A DNA stretch of 64,000 nt from Octopus vulgaris (GCA_951406725.2 OX597825.1:66650001-66714000); one strand, 5' to 3'. Positions 26,821 to 44,397 are shown, numbered from the stretch's first letter. Translations and numbers: made by a program. Notes: generated by a model not told the origin, from the letters alone.

Positions 26821-27150
26821 AAGAAAGAAAGAAAGCAATAAGAAAATGAAGTGGATCAATAGGTGGTTCATCAACTTTTAGACATTATATTATGTCAACT
26901 TATTTATTTATTTACGAAAATGACAATTACAAGAATATACATACTTATATACATATACATTCTTATTGATCTATAAATTAATGGTAAAACATCTCTTTAC
27001 CTTCACCGCTTCACCCATTTAGTACACTCGGTAATGTAATTGCAATGCAATAAAAAACACTTGTGTATTAATAATTGGGTATTCTACCAGCAGTATATTG
27101 GATAGATATTATCCCTTAGTTGGTTGGATTCACAACCTCTAACTTTCTTG

Positions 27151-27225
<75 letters not shown>

Positions 27226-27737
27226 CTAGACATAAGTTTCATAAACTACAAAATATAAATATTCACACTACCACACCTGAAACGTACCTGTTATAACACT
27301 TTATCTCGATTTGAATTGCACGTGAAGGTATTTAGTATGCCCAAACTTATTTCTGCAAATGTGCTAAGCGCTGATGCTAATCATAGTTTAAACAATAAGC
27401 GTAAGAGCGAGGTAAATACACGAAAAATAGGTGGGGGGCAGTGGGGTCCCATTTATACGGCCCTTCAGAAATTGAACCTCCTTACGATACTCCCTGGGTA
27501 TTCATGGTATGAAATTCATTATCATTGCTCCGATTTGGTCGTTAATACCATGCATTTAGTTTAAAATGCAGTAAAAACAGGAGGCGGGGGTCAATGGGGC
27601 CCCAATTAGGTGGTCCTTAAGAAAATAGACATTTCCTGGGATCAGAGGAGTTACTGGTTTGAGTTTCGTTGTCCTTGCATCAACAGCCTAGGAGGAGTTT
27701 ACGAACGGACAGAGAAACATCACTTAAATTTATAGTA

Positions 27738-27741
<4 letters not shown>
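27226..27741. mobile_element. Non-autonomous Helentron/Helitron-like element between TA tracts
   Basis: Starts with ctag, has an internal duplicated ggggggc/t..tgggg.ccc module and ends ggacagag...tatagtaggat. Confidence 0.4.
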
Positions 27742-27774
<33 letters not shown>

Positions 27775-29579
27775 CATGCATACACACACACACGCACGCA
27801 CACACACACGCACGCACGCACGCCCACACACATATATATAATTAGGTGAAGGGTCTGATGTTGAAAGATGCGAGAATCCCGGGACCCCAGAAACGTCACT
27901 GACAAAGCATTCCAAATTATCTGTGAGATATATCTTAAAACTATATATACGGAAGTGTGGGTTTAATTCCTAATTGTATTAATACTCATTTTTGTTTTCG
28001 TCGAGAGCTTATATGCTCCAATATTAGCGTATGCTCTTTAGTCAATACACGGTGAACCCTTATTATCTTAAAACTTATGATTATCATTATTTACAGATTT
28101 TTCATTCGTCACCATTTCTTAATTTTACGCAAAATATGCACGTTTGATTGTTTACGCAACAGTTCTTCAATCTAGCGAGAATTCGTGCGGAAGTTGGTTT
28201 AATCGGTCAACACACTTATCGGGGAAAATAAGAAGCGTGGGTTCGATTCCTACGCATACTAATATCAATTTTTTTTCGCTGAGAGTTTATATGCTCCAGT
28301 ACCAGAATATTTCCTATAGCTAATATATTGTGAATGCTTATAATTATTATTTACAAAATTTTCGCTCACCACCCTTAATTTAACGCACATTAAAGGAGAA
28401 AATGTTTCAAGATGGTGAGCATTAGGAAGAAAATATTTACATTTTCCTTTTATCAGAAATATGTTACCGTTTTCCATTGTTTAAGTCTAATTTGTTGTGC
28501 AATAGGAGAAGGAAAAATAATTGAGTTACATTAAATTAATCTTTCATGACAGCAGTTTTGAATCTTCACGTGTTTTGGTTATAAAACTATGTAATGGAGA
28601 TTAAATTATAACTTCCTCTTCGGAGCGACAATTGACGTGACTATCAAAACATCCAGAGTAGATGCTGAACCGTGTGAAATCTTTTAAGAGGAAGAAAAGG
28701 CTATTTCACTGAAATCTGATAGGAACCCGTGTATAATGTTAGGGACGACATTATATAAGTGAATTATTTTCATATACAGTTTAACTAATCTTTTTTTGTT
28801 TTTTCTAGTCTCTTAAATACTAATTCTGTTTGTGGAAAATTAAAAATTAACATCAGTCGCTTCACCAGTAGAATACAAACTGGGGAAAAAAGAAACCAAA
28901 GAAACAAATAAAAAATGTCGAGAAAGAAAGAAAGAAAAAAGGAACTTGAAATACGCACAAAAAATTATAGAAACTGATAATAAAAACATCTTTACAAACA
29001 GAAGTAAGAAGAAAAACAACATTGTTAACATATTTAATATAAATTTATCAAGATTTCTATAAGTGCTTACAATCAAATAGATCAGCTGGGTACTTAAGAA
29101 CTGACATCTTATAAGCATACGAAGCACAATTCCCGCAAAAGATAAACATATTGTTTAATTCGCTTCAAAAATTAATTTTCCTTCATAGTTCTATTTGACT
29201 TATTTTTGCTCTGCTTATATAATTCTCTTCTTTCTTTATTTTTAATTGAATTAAGTTTTCTGAAAATCCCTAATCGAATAGGAACAGTAAATCATTTAAC
29301 GGGCCAAAAAATGAAAATTCTGATACTCTCAAACATAATTTTCATTAACAGTGTGGATTTTAGATCTTAGTTATCTGAAAATATAATATATCTAATTTGC
29401 GACGCTGTGTGGTGTTGGCCATCGTCTTTTTTTTCTTTTTTAGTGTTTAAATTAAGTACTTTACGTTAAATTCCTCTGTTCAAAATATCACCCAAATTTA
29501 CACTTTGATTCTGAATCTTAGGAGATTTTCCATTCTTTTCCATTCATCTTATGTCAATAAATCGAGAACTATATAAGTA

Positions 29580-29936
29580 AACAAGAGTGCCCAGAGAGCG
29601 CAAACCTCCGCCAAGGCAACACCAACGATTAGCCGGAGATGATTTTTAGAATGAGAATATCTGAAATAAACTCGACTGCTCTCAAAAACAATAATACTAA
29701 AAATGAACTCGACTGCTCTAAAAAATTAAGTAAAAAAAAAACTGAAAAAATAATCCAGAATCCTTGTCCGGTATCAGATCGATCTCAAAATCTAATCAGT
29801 TCGTGCCAGTCACGATGCCAAATATCTCTGAAAGTTTCATGCGAATCCATCCTGCGGTTCTTGAAATATCTTATCCACGGACAAACAAACACGACTGAAA
29901 AACTATACCCCCACCTTCGCTAAGGCGGACGTAATA
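29580..29936. mobile_element. Helentron-associated (HINE-like) non-autonomous element
   Basis: Subterminal inverted motifs acctccgcc / ggcggacgt, with an aagtttcatg.gaatcc...ggacaaacaaacacg core. Confidence 0.5.
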
Positions 29937-31349
29937 AAACCATGGCTTTGTAGCTAAAAAAAAATTTCTTTGCAGCCAAGTAATTTAGGGTTCGGTCTCG
30001 TTGCGAGGTACATTGGACAATCATCTTCTACTATGGTTTCGGACCGACCAATGTCTTTTCTTTTACTTGTTTCAGTTATTTATATGCGGCCATGCTTGAG
30101 CACCACCTTAAGAGGTTTTAGTCGAACAAATCGACCCCAAAAATTATTCTTTGTAAGCCTAGAACTTATTCTATCCCTTTCTTTTTGCCGAACCGCTACT
30201 TTACGGGGACGTAAACATACCACCATCGGCTGTCAAGCAATGACGGTGGGGACAAGCACAAGCACTCAAATATATACATATATACGACGAGCTTCTTTTC
30301 GTTACCATGTCACAAATCCACTCAAAAGGCTCCGGTCGGCCCGAGTCTATAATAGAAGACACTTGCCCAAGATGCCATGCAGTGGGACTGAATCCGGAAC
30401 CATATGGCTGGGAAGCAAGCTTCTTACCACACAGCCACGCTTGTGCCTTGTGAATGAATTTGATAGCCAGAAACTGTGTGTGTATGTGCGTGTGTGTGTG
30501 TGTGTATGTGTGTGAGTGTTTGTGTTTGCGTGCGCGCGGGTGCATCTATGTTTACCCTGTGATTGACAACCGATGCTGGTGTGTTTACGTCCCCCGTAAC
30601 TTAGCGGTTCGGCAAAATGCACCGATAGAATAAGTACTAGGCTTACAAAGAATAAGTCCTGGGTTCGATTTGCTCGACTAAAGGCGGTGCTCCAGCATGG
30701 AGTCAAATGATTTAAACAAGCAAATGACTTAAACAAGTAAAAGGGTAAAAGAGATCTCAAAGTTTCCTTCAAGGGTAATGGGTACCACTTTGCGAAGAAA
30801 TTATAAATTTTAACTAGCTTCCTTTTTGGGCCTAATCTTTGTCTTTGAATCCCGTTTTTTTTCTTGCCTTCCTCCTGTTGGTTGCCATAAATTTTCTCTC
30901 CTTCACCCCATAAGGCAGTGGTAAAAATCAGCACCGCAACTCCAGGTCAGCTGCTTCGTGGTAGCACTCTTTTTTGTTTAAATCAATTGCATTTAGTTTG
31001 GCGAGCGTCACACTCAGAGATGACCACAGATGATAGAAACAGACACATCATAATTTATTTCTCTCTGCTTCCAAATATTCTCATGTTTTGCTAGGCTCTT
31101 CATTTCACGCTGCTTCGGACCACACAACTGAAATGTTTTGTTTTCTAGAATGGCAACGTAGAACGGCACAAATATAGGGTCTAGTGTAATTTCGATACAA
31201 TAACACATGCCCAAGCAACTGAAAAGACACAGCAATACACACCGATATCACTTCATCGTGTAGGTGAGACAGTGAAGTTTTAGAAACATTGATGATGAAG
31301 TTTATTTTCCGAAACCATAGGGAAAATCTGGAAACTCAAAAGGTAAAAT

Positions 31350-33967
<2,618 letters not shown>

Positions 33968-33968
33968 T

Positions 33969-34503
33969 CCCTGATGCAGTACCAGGCAGTGGCTCTCGTC
34001 GCTTCTGATTTTAACTGATTGGAAGTGTTATCATGTACATTGTTTTATCTTGGTATAAAAGATGGGCTACATCTGCTCAATACCACAGATTTGCTTGTCA
34101 GTTGTTTGACCTTAACCAGTTGAGCATGTCCCTTAGTGGCTGACCATATGTGCATCTCTGATCACGAGCAGAAGTAGTGAGGGAGCATCATAGCCATGTG
34201 TTGAGAGGGATTCTTTGAGGTTTGAATAATTCACCTCTGGAAACATGGCTGTTTCGTTCAACATCCTTAAACAACCCTTATTCAGGGACCTTTTGAGCGG
34301 GATGGGTTACTCGACCAGAACTGGGCCCTACCTGCAAGGTCATGTGCTGTTTATCTTGATATGAGATCACCATGTCGCGCACATATGGTTGTGATGCATG
34401 TGCCTAGTGTATCCTTATCAGATGGGTAGTCATGATGGGTATACTGGGCTTCGTATATTTTACCCCAGTGTCACTTTGATGGCATGCACTGCTCTCTCGC
34501 TCA
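33969..34503 (+). mobile_element. (AAT)n-embedded retroelement 3' region
   Basis: Longest copy of the family seen at 13245; AAT tracts on both sides. Confidence 0.7.
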
Positions 34504-34527
34504 ATAATAATAATAATAATAATAATA

Positions 34528-34577
<50 letters not shown>

Positions 34578-34593
34578 GATAATAATAATAATG

Positions 34594-34659
<66 letters not shown>

Positions 34660-34717
34660 TCAGCAAAAGAAATACCTTAGTTATGAGAACGTAGGGTTGA
34701 GTTCAAAATTCTACCAG

Positions 34718-34763
34718 GACACCTGATGAAGGCTGGAGAATACATCAGCCGAAATGTTGTGGT
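34718..34763 (+). ncRNA. Minimal type I hammerhead motif (same family as 61055 and 62255)
   Basis: GACAC-CUGAUGA-A-GGCUG...CAGCC-GAAA-UG-UU|-GUGGU. Confidence 0.65.
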
Positions 34764-35256
34764 AACAACAAAGATGAGGACGCATATCCAGCCAATGTAA
34801 ATAATGTAAATAAGTATTTGACTGGTACTTTATTTTATCAACCCTGAATGGGTAGCAGGTAAATTCGAACACGGTATAATTTGAACTCAGAAGCATTTTG
34901 CCATGATATAAAAAAAATATTCCTTTCTTTTAAAGGCACAAGGCCTGAAACTTGGGAGAGGGACATAGTCGAATACATCGACCCCAGTATCCAACTGGCA
35001 CTTATTTTGTCGAGTCTGGAAGGATGAAAGGCAAAGTCGACATCGACGGAATTTCAACTCAGAACATGATGGCGGACGAAATACCGCTAAGCATTTTGCT
35101 GCGCTTGCTAAGGGGGGCATAAAAATAAAAAAAATAAAAAATAAAATAAAATAAAAGGCTGAAAAATAAAGAAAAAGATCAAAAACAAACAAGAACAATG
35201 AGGCGAAGTTGACGATGAGGAGAATGACGATGATAACGATGATCATCATCATGATC

Positions 35257-35320
<64 letters not shown>

Positions 35321-35569
35321 GGAAAGAAAATAAAAGGAGAATAGAAGAAGAAACACTATTTTATTAAATAATTAAAAAAAAAAAACTAGCAGGAATAAGA
35401 AAAAAGAAATTTTTATGAACGGATATGATAATAACAAGATAATCCTAAATTTGTCATGCATGATACACAAACAATAGGAATTAAAGACCTGTTTACCAAA
35501 GGAATAACTTGGGGTTTAGGGATGATATCTAGCTATTCGTTATACATACATACATACATACATACATAA

Positions 35570-35641
<72 letters not shown>

Positions 35642-35670
35642 ATGTACGTATGTATTTATATATATTATAT

Positions 35671-35757
<87 letters not shown>

Positions 35758-35952
35758 TATTAGTCGAATTTGTTGATATTTTATAGGAAAATTCATTTCG
35801 TATTGCACACGAACACACAAACACATCGAGCGCGCCCACCCACACCCCACTGACATATATTTGTATTTACCAAAAAGTCCGCGTTTGATTGACGATTCGA
35901 AATTTCGACGGATGCCGACTATCCTTTATCATGTGTGTGTATGTATGTATGC

Positions 35953-36007
<55 letters not shown>

Positions 36008-36568
36008 CATATATATAAGCGTGCGTGTATGTGTATGTATTTATGTATGTTTCTATGTATGCACATCTCCTCATCCTCTTCTTCCTCGTCATCATTACCA
36101 TCATCATCATCATCAATATCATGTAGCGTGGCGAGATGGCAGAATCGGTAGTACGCCGAGCGCTACATTCTGAGTTCAAATTCTGCCGAGGTCGACTTTG
36201 CTTTTAATCCTTCCGGGGGTCGACGAAATAAGTACCCGTTATCTACCGGGGCCGATGTAATCTATAAGCTCCTTTTTTTCAAAGAAATTTTCAAGGCCTT
36301 GTTACTGAATAGAAATAATACTTATTATTATTATTATAATTATAATTATTATTATTATTATTGAGTGAGCGAGCAGAGCATGCCATCAAAGTGACACTGG
36401 GGTAAAATATACGAAGCCCAGTATACCCATCATGACTACCCGTCTGATAAATTATTATTATTATTATTATTATTATGATTGTTAATATTATGATTGTTAT
36501 TATTATTATTATTACTATTCTAATTGTTATTGTTATTGTTATTATTATTGTTGTTATTATTATTATTA

Positions 36569-36705
<137 letters not shown>

Positions 36706-37138
36706 TGTAGTGACTAATGAGGTAACCAATTAACCGTTTAGCTAATTGCTTGATTTATCATTTGGGCACTTCATCAACTAACTTTCAACAGAGATTATTC
36801 GTCGATTTTCACGAATAAGCGATTTCACGGTTGTCTGTTCCTGGTGAGGACTATCTGTCTGTTTTTCTTCAAGGTGTAACAAATTGTATTTAGAAAACAA
36901 AAAAGCAGCTTCTGGGGTTTGCTGCTTGACATTGGCTGCACTTTTCTACACCAATATTTCTTATCCACTCTCTTTTGAAATCTTCATGCCATAAGTAGCA
37001 GTTGAATACTGGGGTCGAATACTGGGGGGTCGATGAAAGAAGTACCAGTTGAGTACTGGGGTCAATATAATCGACTGATCCATTCCCTCACAATTTCAGA
37101 TCTTGTGTGTCTGGTAGGATGAATTATGATCATGCAAG

Positions 37139-37640
<502 letters not shown>

Positions 37641-37777
37641 AAACGAAATATAAAATAAAATATACAGGAATGAGCAAATATGTTGAAAATGAAGGTTTAC
37701 TGTCAAAAATTCTTAAGAATAATAATAAGGATTAACATGTGGTAATATGCCAGTTCTTTGGAGGGGTTCCGTACACT

Positions 37778-38352
37778 GAGAAGAAAAAGAAGAGGAAGAA
37801 GATAAAAGGGGGGAGGAGGATGAGGATGAGGAAAAGAATAAAAAGCAGAATGTTAGATGGAAGAAGGAGAAGGAGGAGAAAGAGAAGGAGGAGAAGGAGG
37901 AAGAGAGGAAGAGGAGAAAAAAGGGGAGGAGAAGGAGGAAGAGAGGAAGAGGAGAAAAAAGGGGAGGAGAAGGAGGAAGAGAGGAATAGTAGAAAAAAGG
38001 GGAGGAGAAGGAGGAAGAGTGGAAGAGGAGAAAAAAGAAAGGATGAGGGGATGGAAGATGAGGAGAGGAAAAGAAAAATACGTGGATGAAGAATCGAAAG
38101 AACAAAAGAAAAAAACCAAGGAAGGGAAGACGGAAAAGAAGAAAAAGAAGTAGCAGAAGAAAAACAAGCGGAAGAAGAAAAGGAAGAAGGAGAAGGAAGA
38201 GGAGAAGAAGTGAAAGAACAGGACGGGAAGAACGAAATGGAGAAGAAAAGAAGAAGGAAAAGAAGGAAAAGGCAGAGGAGGAAAGGAAGAAAACACGTGA
38301 AAGGGAAGAAGATGAAGAACAAGAAGAAAAAAGGACAGGGAGAAGAAGAAAG
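37778..38352. repeat. Polypurine low-complexity tract
   Basis: Mostly A/G (GAA/GGA) for about 570 nt. Confidence 0.9.
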
Positions 38353-38577
38353 GCTTTTCATTGAATGATAGTCAAGGAAATAAAATGTTTCCCCACACAT
38401 GTAGGAAAACTGCAACAACAACGCGAACAACAAAGGAAGTAGAAATTGTTATAAACGGATATGATATTAACAAGATAATCCTAAATTTGTCATGCATGAT
38501 ACACAAACAATAGAAATTAAAGACCTGTTTACTAAAGGAATAACTTGGGGTTTTGGGGGATGATATGTAACTGTTCG

Positions 38578-38636
<59 letters not shown>

Positions 38637-38825
38637 ATTTCATCTATTCAATAAGACACTCAATACTTCATTTCATGTTACTATATATACTATTTAGACT
38701 ATATATTCTATATTCTACGTTAATATTATAAAGAATATAAATAAAACGTAAAAAAACAGACAGAGTTGGAATTCCTTTGAATAATATATATCCCTCTATA
38801 CACAATCATACAAACCCCTTTTTAG

Positions 38826-38939
<114 letters not shown>

Positions 38940-39220
38940 CAACAATTGAGGGTAAAATGAATTAATTATTAATCAATTTCACCAAGTATTCAGTATGTAA
39001 AGGGACCATTTTAGGCGAATTCAAAATATTACATTATATATAAGGGCTTAGTAAAATAAATTACTTTGCCACATACTGAACTCATTAGAAATAGCAGCTA
39101 AAGAAATTTCTTCAGCTATTTCTAATACTTAAAGAAGATCTCTCTCAGATAGTGTTTGCCTAAACCAACTCACAAAGGTATGGGGGAAAAAACATTAAAA
39201 AATCAAGTGCAAAGGTTATT

Positions 39221-39272
39221 TGAGAACGTACGTTTCTAGATTAGTCAATTCGACATTTCTTTCGTCAGCTCA
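39221..39272 (-). ncRNA. Type I hammerhead ribozyme
   Basis: Reverse complement reads UGAG-CUGACGA-A AGA..GUC GAAUU GAC..UCU A-GAAA-C GUAC G-UU|-CUCA. Confidence 0.72.
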
Positions 39273-39778
39273 GAATTCCTTGAATCGGATTTGGGAACAC
39301 TGAAAGTTGAGAGCATACCCTTTCGGCTTCTTATCACTTCTAGAATTCTGCTCGAACTAAAAGTGCTATCAAATCCGAATATGCAAGCGAAGAATTTCTG
39401 CTCTCCCCTTTCCACCAGCGTGGGTTAAAATTGACAAACACCATGTATTAACGGTGAAAACCGCAGCATTTAACAGAGAGAGATAAATTATAATTTCAAC
39501 AATTGAGGGTAAAATTAATTAATTATTAATCAATTTCACCAAGTATTCAGTATGTAAAGGGACCATTTTAGGCGAATTCAAAATATTACATTATATATAA
39601 GGGCTTAGTAAAATAAATTACTTTGCCACATACTGAACTCATTAGAAATAGCAGCTAAAGAAATTTCTTCAGCTATTTCTAATACTTAAAGAAGATCTCT
39701 CTCAGATAGTGTTTGCCTAAACCAACTCACAAAGGTATGGGGGAAAAAAACATTAAAAAATCAAGTGCAAAGGTTATT

Positions 39779-39830
39779 TGAGAACGTACGTTTCTAGATT
39801 AGTCAATTCGACATTTCTTTCGTCAGCTCA
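39779..39830 (-). ncRNA. Type I hammerhead ribozyme (tandem copy)
   Basis: Identical motif 558 nt from the 39221 copy. Confidence 0.72.
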
Positions 39831-40427
39831 GAATTCCTTGAATCGGATTTGGGAACACTGAAAGTTGGGAGCATACCCTTTCGGCTTCTTATCACTTCTA
39901 GAATTCTGCTCGAACTAAAAGTGCTATCAAATCCGAATATGCAAGCATTTAACAGAGAGAGATAAATTTGTGAGTTGGTTTAGGCAAACACTATCTGAGA
40001 GAGATCTTCTTTAAGTATTAGAAATAGCTGAAGAAATTTCTTTAGCTGCTATTTCTAATGAGTTCAGTATGTGGCAAAGTAATTTATTTTACTAAGCCCT
40101 TATATATAATGTAATATTTTGAATTCGCCTAAAATGGTCCCTTTACATACTGAATACTTGGTGAAATTGATTAATAATTAATTAATTTTACCCTCAATTG
40201 TTGAAATTATAATTTATCTCTCTCTGTTAAATGCTGCGGTTTTCACCGTTAATACATGGTGTTTGTCAATTTTAACCCACGCTGGTGGAAAGGGGAGAGC
40301 AGAAATTCTTCGCTTGCATATTCGGATTTGATAGCACTTTTAGTTCGAGCAGAATTCTAGAAGTGATAAGAAGCCGAAAGGGTATGCTCCCAACTTTCAG
40401 TGTTCCCAAATCCGATTCAAGGAATTC

Positions 40428-40479
40428 TGAGCTGACGAAAGAAATGTCGAATTGACTAATCTAGAAACGTACGTTCTCA
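40428..40479 (+). ncRNA. Type I hammerhead ribozyme (inverted copy)
   Basis: tgag ctgacga ... gaaa cgtacg tt ctca read directly on the + strand. Confidence 0.72.
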
Positions 40480-40661
40480 AATAACCTTTGCACTTGATTT
40501 TTTAATGTTTTTTTCCCCATACCTTTGTGAGTTGGTTTAGGCAAACACTATCTGAGAGAGATCTTCTTTAAGTATTAGAAATAGCTGAAGAAATTTCTTT
40601 AGCTGCTATTTATAATGATTTCAGTATGTGTCAAATTAATTTTTTTTACTAAGCCCTTATA

Positions 40662-40711
<50 letters not shown>

Positions 40712-41282
40712 CATATTCGTGTGTGTGTGTGTAAGAGAGAGAGAGAGAGAATTCGTGTTAGAAATTCATTAGTTTTATATATATTCGCCATGATAGAGCG
40801 CTAGCTACTACCCATTCTTTATTTTCTCTCCTTGTTTCTTTCTGTGTTCCTTTCTATGGAAGAGCGTAGGCTCGAAACGTTAAAGACTTTTTCACTTCCT
40901 GAGCGTTATACTAATACAACTGTTTGTTGTCTACACCACCTATCTTCGTCTTTTGTTTTTCGTGAATTCTGCCACTATATATATATATATATGACCGACC
41001 AGGGTTATCAGATGTTGCTACATATCGCTAGTCTCAATGCGCTTCGCATTGTTTTAGCCTTCAAATGACGCCACCCCGCTGGCTAAGTGAGCAGGCCAAC
41101 AAAAGAAAGACTGAAAGTTGTAGCGAAAGAGTACAGCAGGGGTCGCCGCCACACCCTGCCGAAGCTTCGTGGAGCTTTAGGTGTTTTCGCTCAATAAACA
41201 CTCACAACGCCCGGTCTGGGAATCGAAACTGCGATCCTACAACCGAGAGTACACTGCGCTAACCACTGGGCCATTGCGCCTC

Positions 41283-41326
<44 letters not shown>

Positions 41327-41547
41327 TAAATCTAGTCGCCACATCAAAGTGTCTGTTGAATGTTAATCTATCTCCCCTTCTTTTTCATCCATATGTTCTG
41401 ACGGAGAAAACAGGATTATTATTATAGTATATATATATATGTGTGCGTGTGTGTGTGTGTGTGTGTGTCTGTGTGTGTGTGCGTGCGTGTGTGTGTGTGT
41501 TTGTGCGTGTGTGGCTATGTGTGTGTGTGTATATATGTGTATGTGTG

Positions 41548-41579
<32 letters not shown>

Positions 41580-41773
41580 CATCGTCTGTATCACTAGCGA
41601 TTTTTTTTCCTCTGTCTTCCCTTCTCGGGATCTTTCCCTTTCCTATGTCTCCGACAAAGAGCTCCGCTCGAAACGTCAAACCCTCCTTCTTCCCTTCTTT
41701 CCTGAGCATCCAATAATACTTTATTTGTTCCACACCCTTGCGTTGTTGTCTTTTTGTTTTCTTGTTTGGATTA

Positions 41774-41840
<67 letters not shown>

Positions 41841-42759
41841 TGTGTGTATGTATGTGTGTGTCTGCTTTTGAAGTGGTGTACACAGATATTGCATATTGCA
41901 GGAAAGGAGCCAGTCAGAATTTTCGATAATCCTATATAAGCGCTTTCGTTCGTTTATCGAAATCGTCAAGACAAAATCAAAACCAAAATGGTATAAAACA
42001 GAACGAGTCATTGTTCATTTATATGAATTGGATGTTGGACGTTTTTTTTTTGTTTGGCTTAGAAGAGGAGAGTATTGTTTTTGTTCTTTTGAAAAAAAGG
42101 AGACAGAGAGAGAAGGAAAAGCAAAATGGTGGTGGTGGTGGGAGGAGATAGATAGAAAGAAAGTTTCAGGACAATCAAGTAAGAAGAGAAAAGAAATAAT
42201 AAAGGATAGGGAAAGGATAGGTAGATAGAGAGATAGATAGATAAATAGAGAGAGAGGTTTTTTTTTCAATTTGGTGTGATGAATTCATTGAAACTTCATT
42301 TTAAAGTATTTTCTTTTTTCCTTTTTCCTTTATTTCTTTTTTCGTCACATTTTGTAAATAAATACGTTTTCTCACAAGGACTGGTGACCTTTAATATTGT
42401 TTTTGCTTTTTCAGAAAAAAAGGAGAGAGAGAAAGAGAGAAAGCAAGGGGAGAAAGAGGGGGGAGGTTTCAGGACAATCAAGATAGGAGAAAAAATAATA
42501 ATAAAGGATGGGAAAAGGGTAGCTAGATAGATAGATAGCGAGAGAGAAAGAGAGGGAGGCCTCTTCTCAATTTCGTGTGAAATTTCATTCCAAAGTATTT
42601 TTTTCCTATTTCTTTTTTTTAAATCTTTTTCCATTGTATACTTATCAACATATTTGTAAATAAACACATTTTCTCACAAGATCTGGTGACCTTTCACGAT
42701 GTCAAATTTAGGAAGTAGGATGGAAGAAATAGTTTCACTTGTTAATATTTACGTATATG

Positions 42760-42830
42760 GATACGTAAACATCTGCAAGATCGTCAGCATAGTCTGTCGC
42801 TTACGAAATGCAATTTCTTGAACTAGATAC
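42760..42830 (-). mobile_element. Small RTE-like reverse transcriptase fragment
   Basis: - strand reads TDYADDLA. Confidence 0.4.
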
Positions 42831-43153
42831 AGGGCACTCGACCGAAATCCAGCATGTATAAAGCTCCACAAATTATATTTATGTGTATCTTTCAAATGCC
42901 TTCACTTTGGCACGCTGAGATCGGAAATTACTCGGCAGTTAATAAACTACAGCAGTTAATTTACCGGCTAGAGAACATTTTTTATTTAAAATTAAATAAG
43001 GGTAGAAATTGGTATTAATCAATTAAAAGCAGTGGCCTAGCATATTTTTTAAAAAATCCGAAGATTAAAAATTTTATGCATACAAAATTTAGAGGGATGA
43101 CCACTAATAGTGGACAGCCTTATGCTAGAAATAGACCTCAAACTCGCCATTTA

Positions 43154-43326
43154 CCAGTTGGGGTAAGTAATACAGTATATGAGATTCTGCGTCTTACAGT
43201 TCATATCTGCATTTACTTTGAGCGAGAATCTGTTCTTGAATTTTATGTGGGAACCACTTTCTAAGTATTTAAAGTTGTCGCATGTTCCACCTCTGCTATC
43301 TCCACATATTTTACAGATAATTCTGA
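43154..43326 (-). mobile_element. Penelope-like element: Cys-linker and start of the GIY-YIG endonuclease
   Basis: - strand reads IICKICGDSRGGTCDNFKYLESGSHIKFKNRFSLKVNADMNCKTQNLIYCITYPNW, matching the PLE C...R..TC...F.V...M.C...NLIY.I.C pattern. Confidence 0.72.
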
Positions 43327-43781
43327 TTCATTCTCTGATGGGAATTTTGCTCTTATGAGGCGCACACACGCTACCACGCACACTGACACACACACAAACA
43401 CACTCAATTACTGCGACACACAATACACTCAGTTACTGCCACATGCACACACGCTACCACATACACATGCTACTACCACCGCGCGCACGCACACATACAC
43501 ATACATACACACAACCATTCTTCACACTCTCCTGTCCCAGAAAACACTTTCTCTTTGTCCATCTACTTCCGATCATTTCTAAAATGTAACTACACGTAGA
43601 CTATTGGCGGTTTTATCCTCCTGCTACGTCTACTGTTTCCGAAGAAGAGCTATGCTCAAAACATAAAACAACTACTCTTTACTTCTCTAAGCGTCTTAAA
43701 AATACTTTGCATGTGCTACGGCCTCGCGTTGTTGCTCTTTTCTTGTCTATTTCCTCCATTTTTTAAAATTAACTATATATG

Positions 43782-43860
<79 letters not shown>

Positions 43861-43867
43861 TTATACG

Positions 43868-43907
<40 letters not shown>

Positions 43908-43985
43908 CATACATAATTGTTATTTTTCCCTCTCTGCCTTTGTATCGTCTATCTGTCCAGATGTCCTCTATTGCGTTTTTGCTTC

Positions 43986-44028
<43 letters not shown>

Positions 44029-44090
44029 AATGAGATAGGGGTTGAAAAATTCAACCCACCATGGGATAACATATATCCAATATACTGCTA

Positions 44091-44127
<37 letters not shown>

Positions 44128-44355
44128 CTTTACTCTTTTACTTTTTTCAGTCATTTGACTGAGGCCATGCTGGAGCACCGCCTTTAATCGAGCAACTCGA
44201 CCTCGGGACTTATTCTTTTGTAAGCCCAGTACTTATTCTACCGGTGTCTTTTGCCGAACCGCTAAGTAACGGGGACATAAACACACCAGCATCGGTTGTC
44301 AAGCAATGCTAGGGGGACAAACACAGACACACAAACACACATATGCATCTATATT

Positions 44356-44397
<42 letters not shown>

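Larger units (their letters stand above)
38940..40670. mobile_element. Tandem plus inverted ~557-bp HHR-bearing repeat (PLE pLTR / retrozyme-like) in (TA)n
   Basis: Unit 1 at 38940-39496, unit 2 at 39497-39966 (internal deletion), then an inverted run at 39967-40670. Copies are nearly identical and flanked by TA tracts. Confidence 0.85.

Noticed and set aside
27851-27901. CTGATG...GAAACGTC motif
   Set aside because: Stems I and II do not pair convincingly.
37713-38433. Lys/Glu/Arg-rich and Ser/Phe-rich ORFs
   Set aside because: Polypurine low-complexity DNA, open in several frames on both strands.
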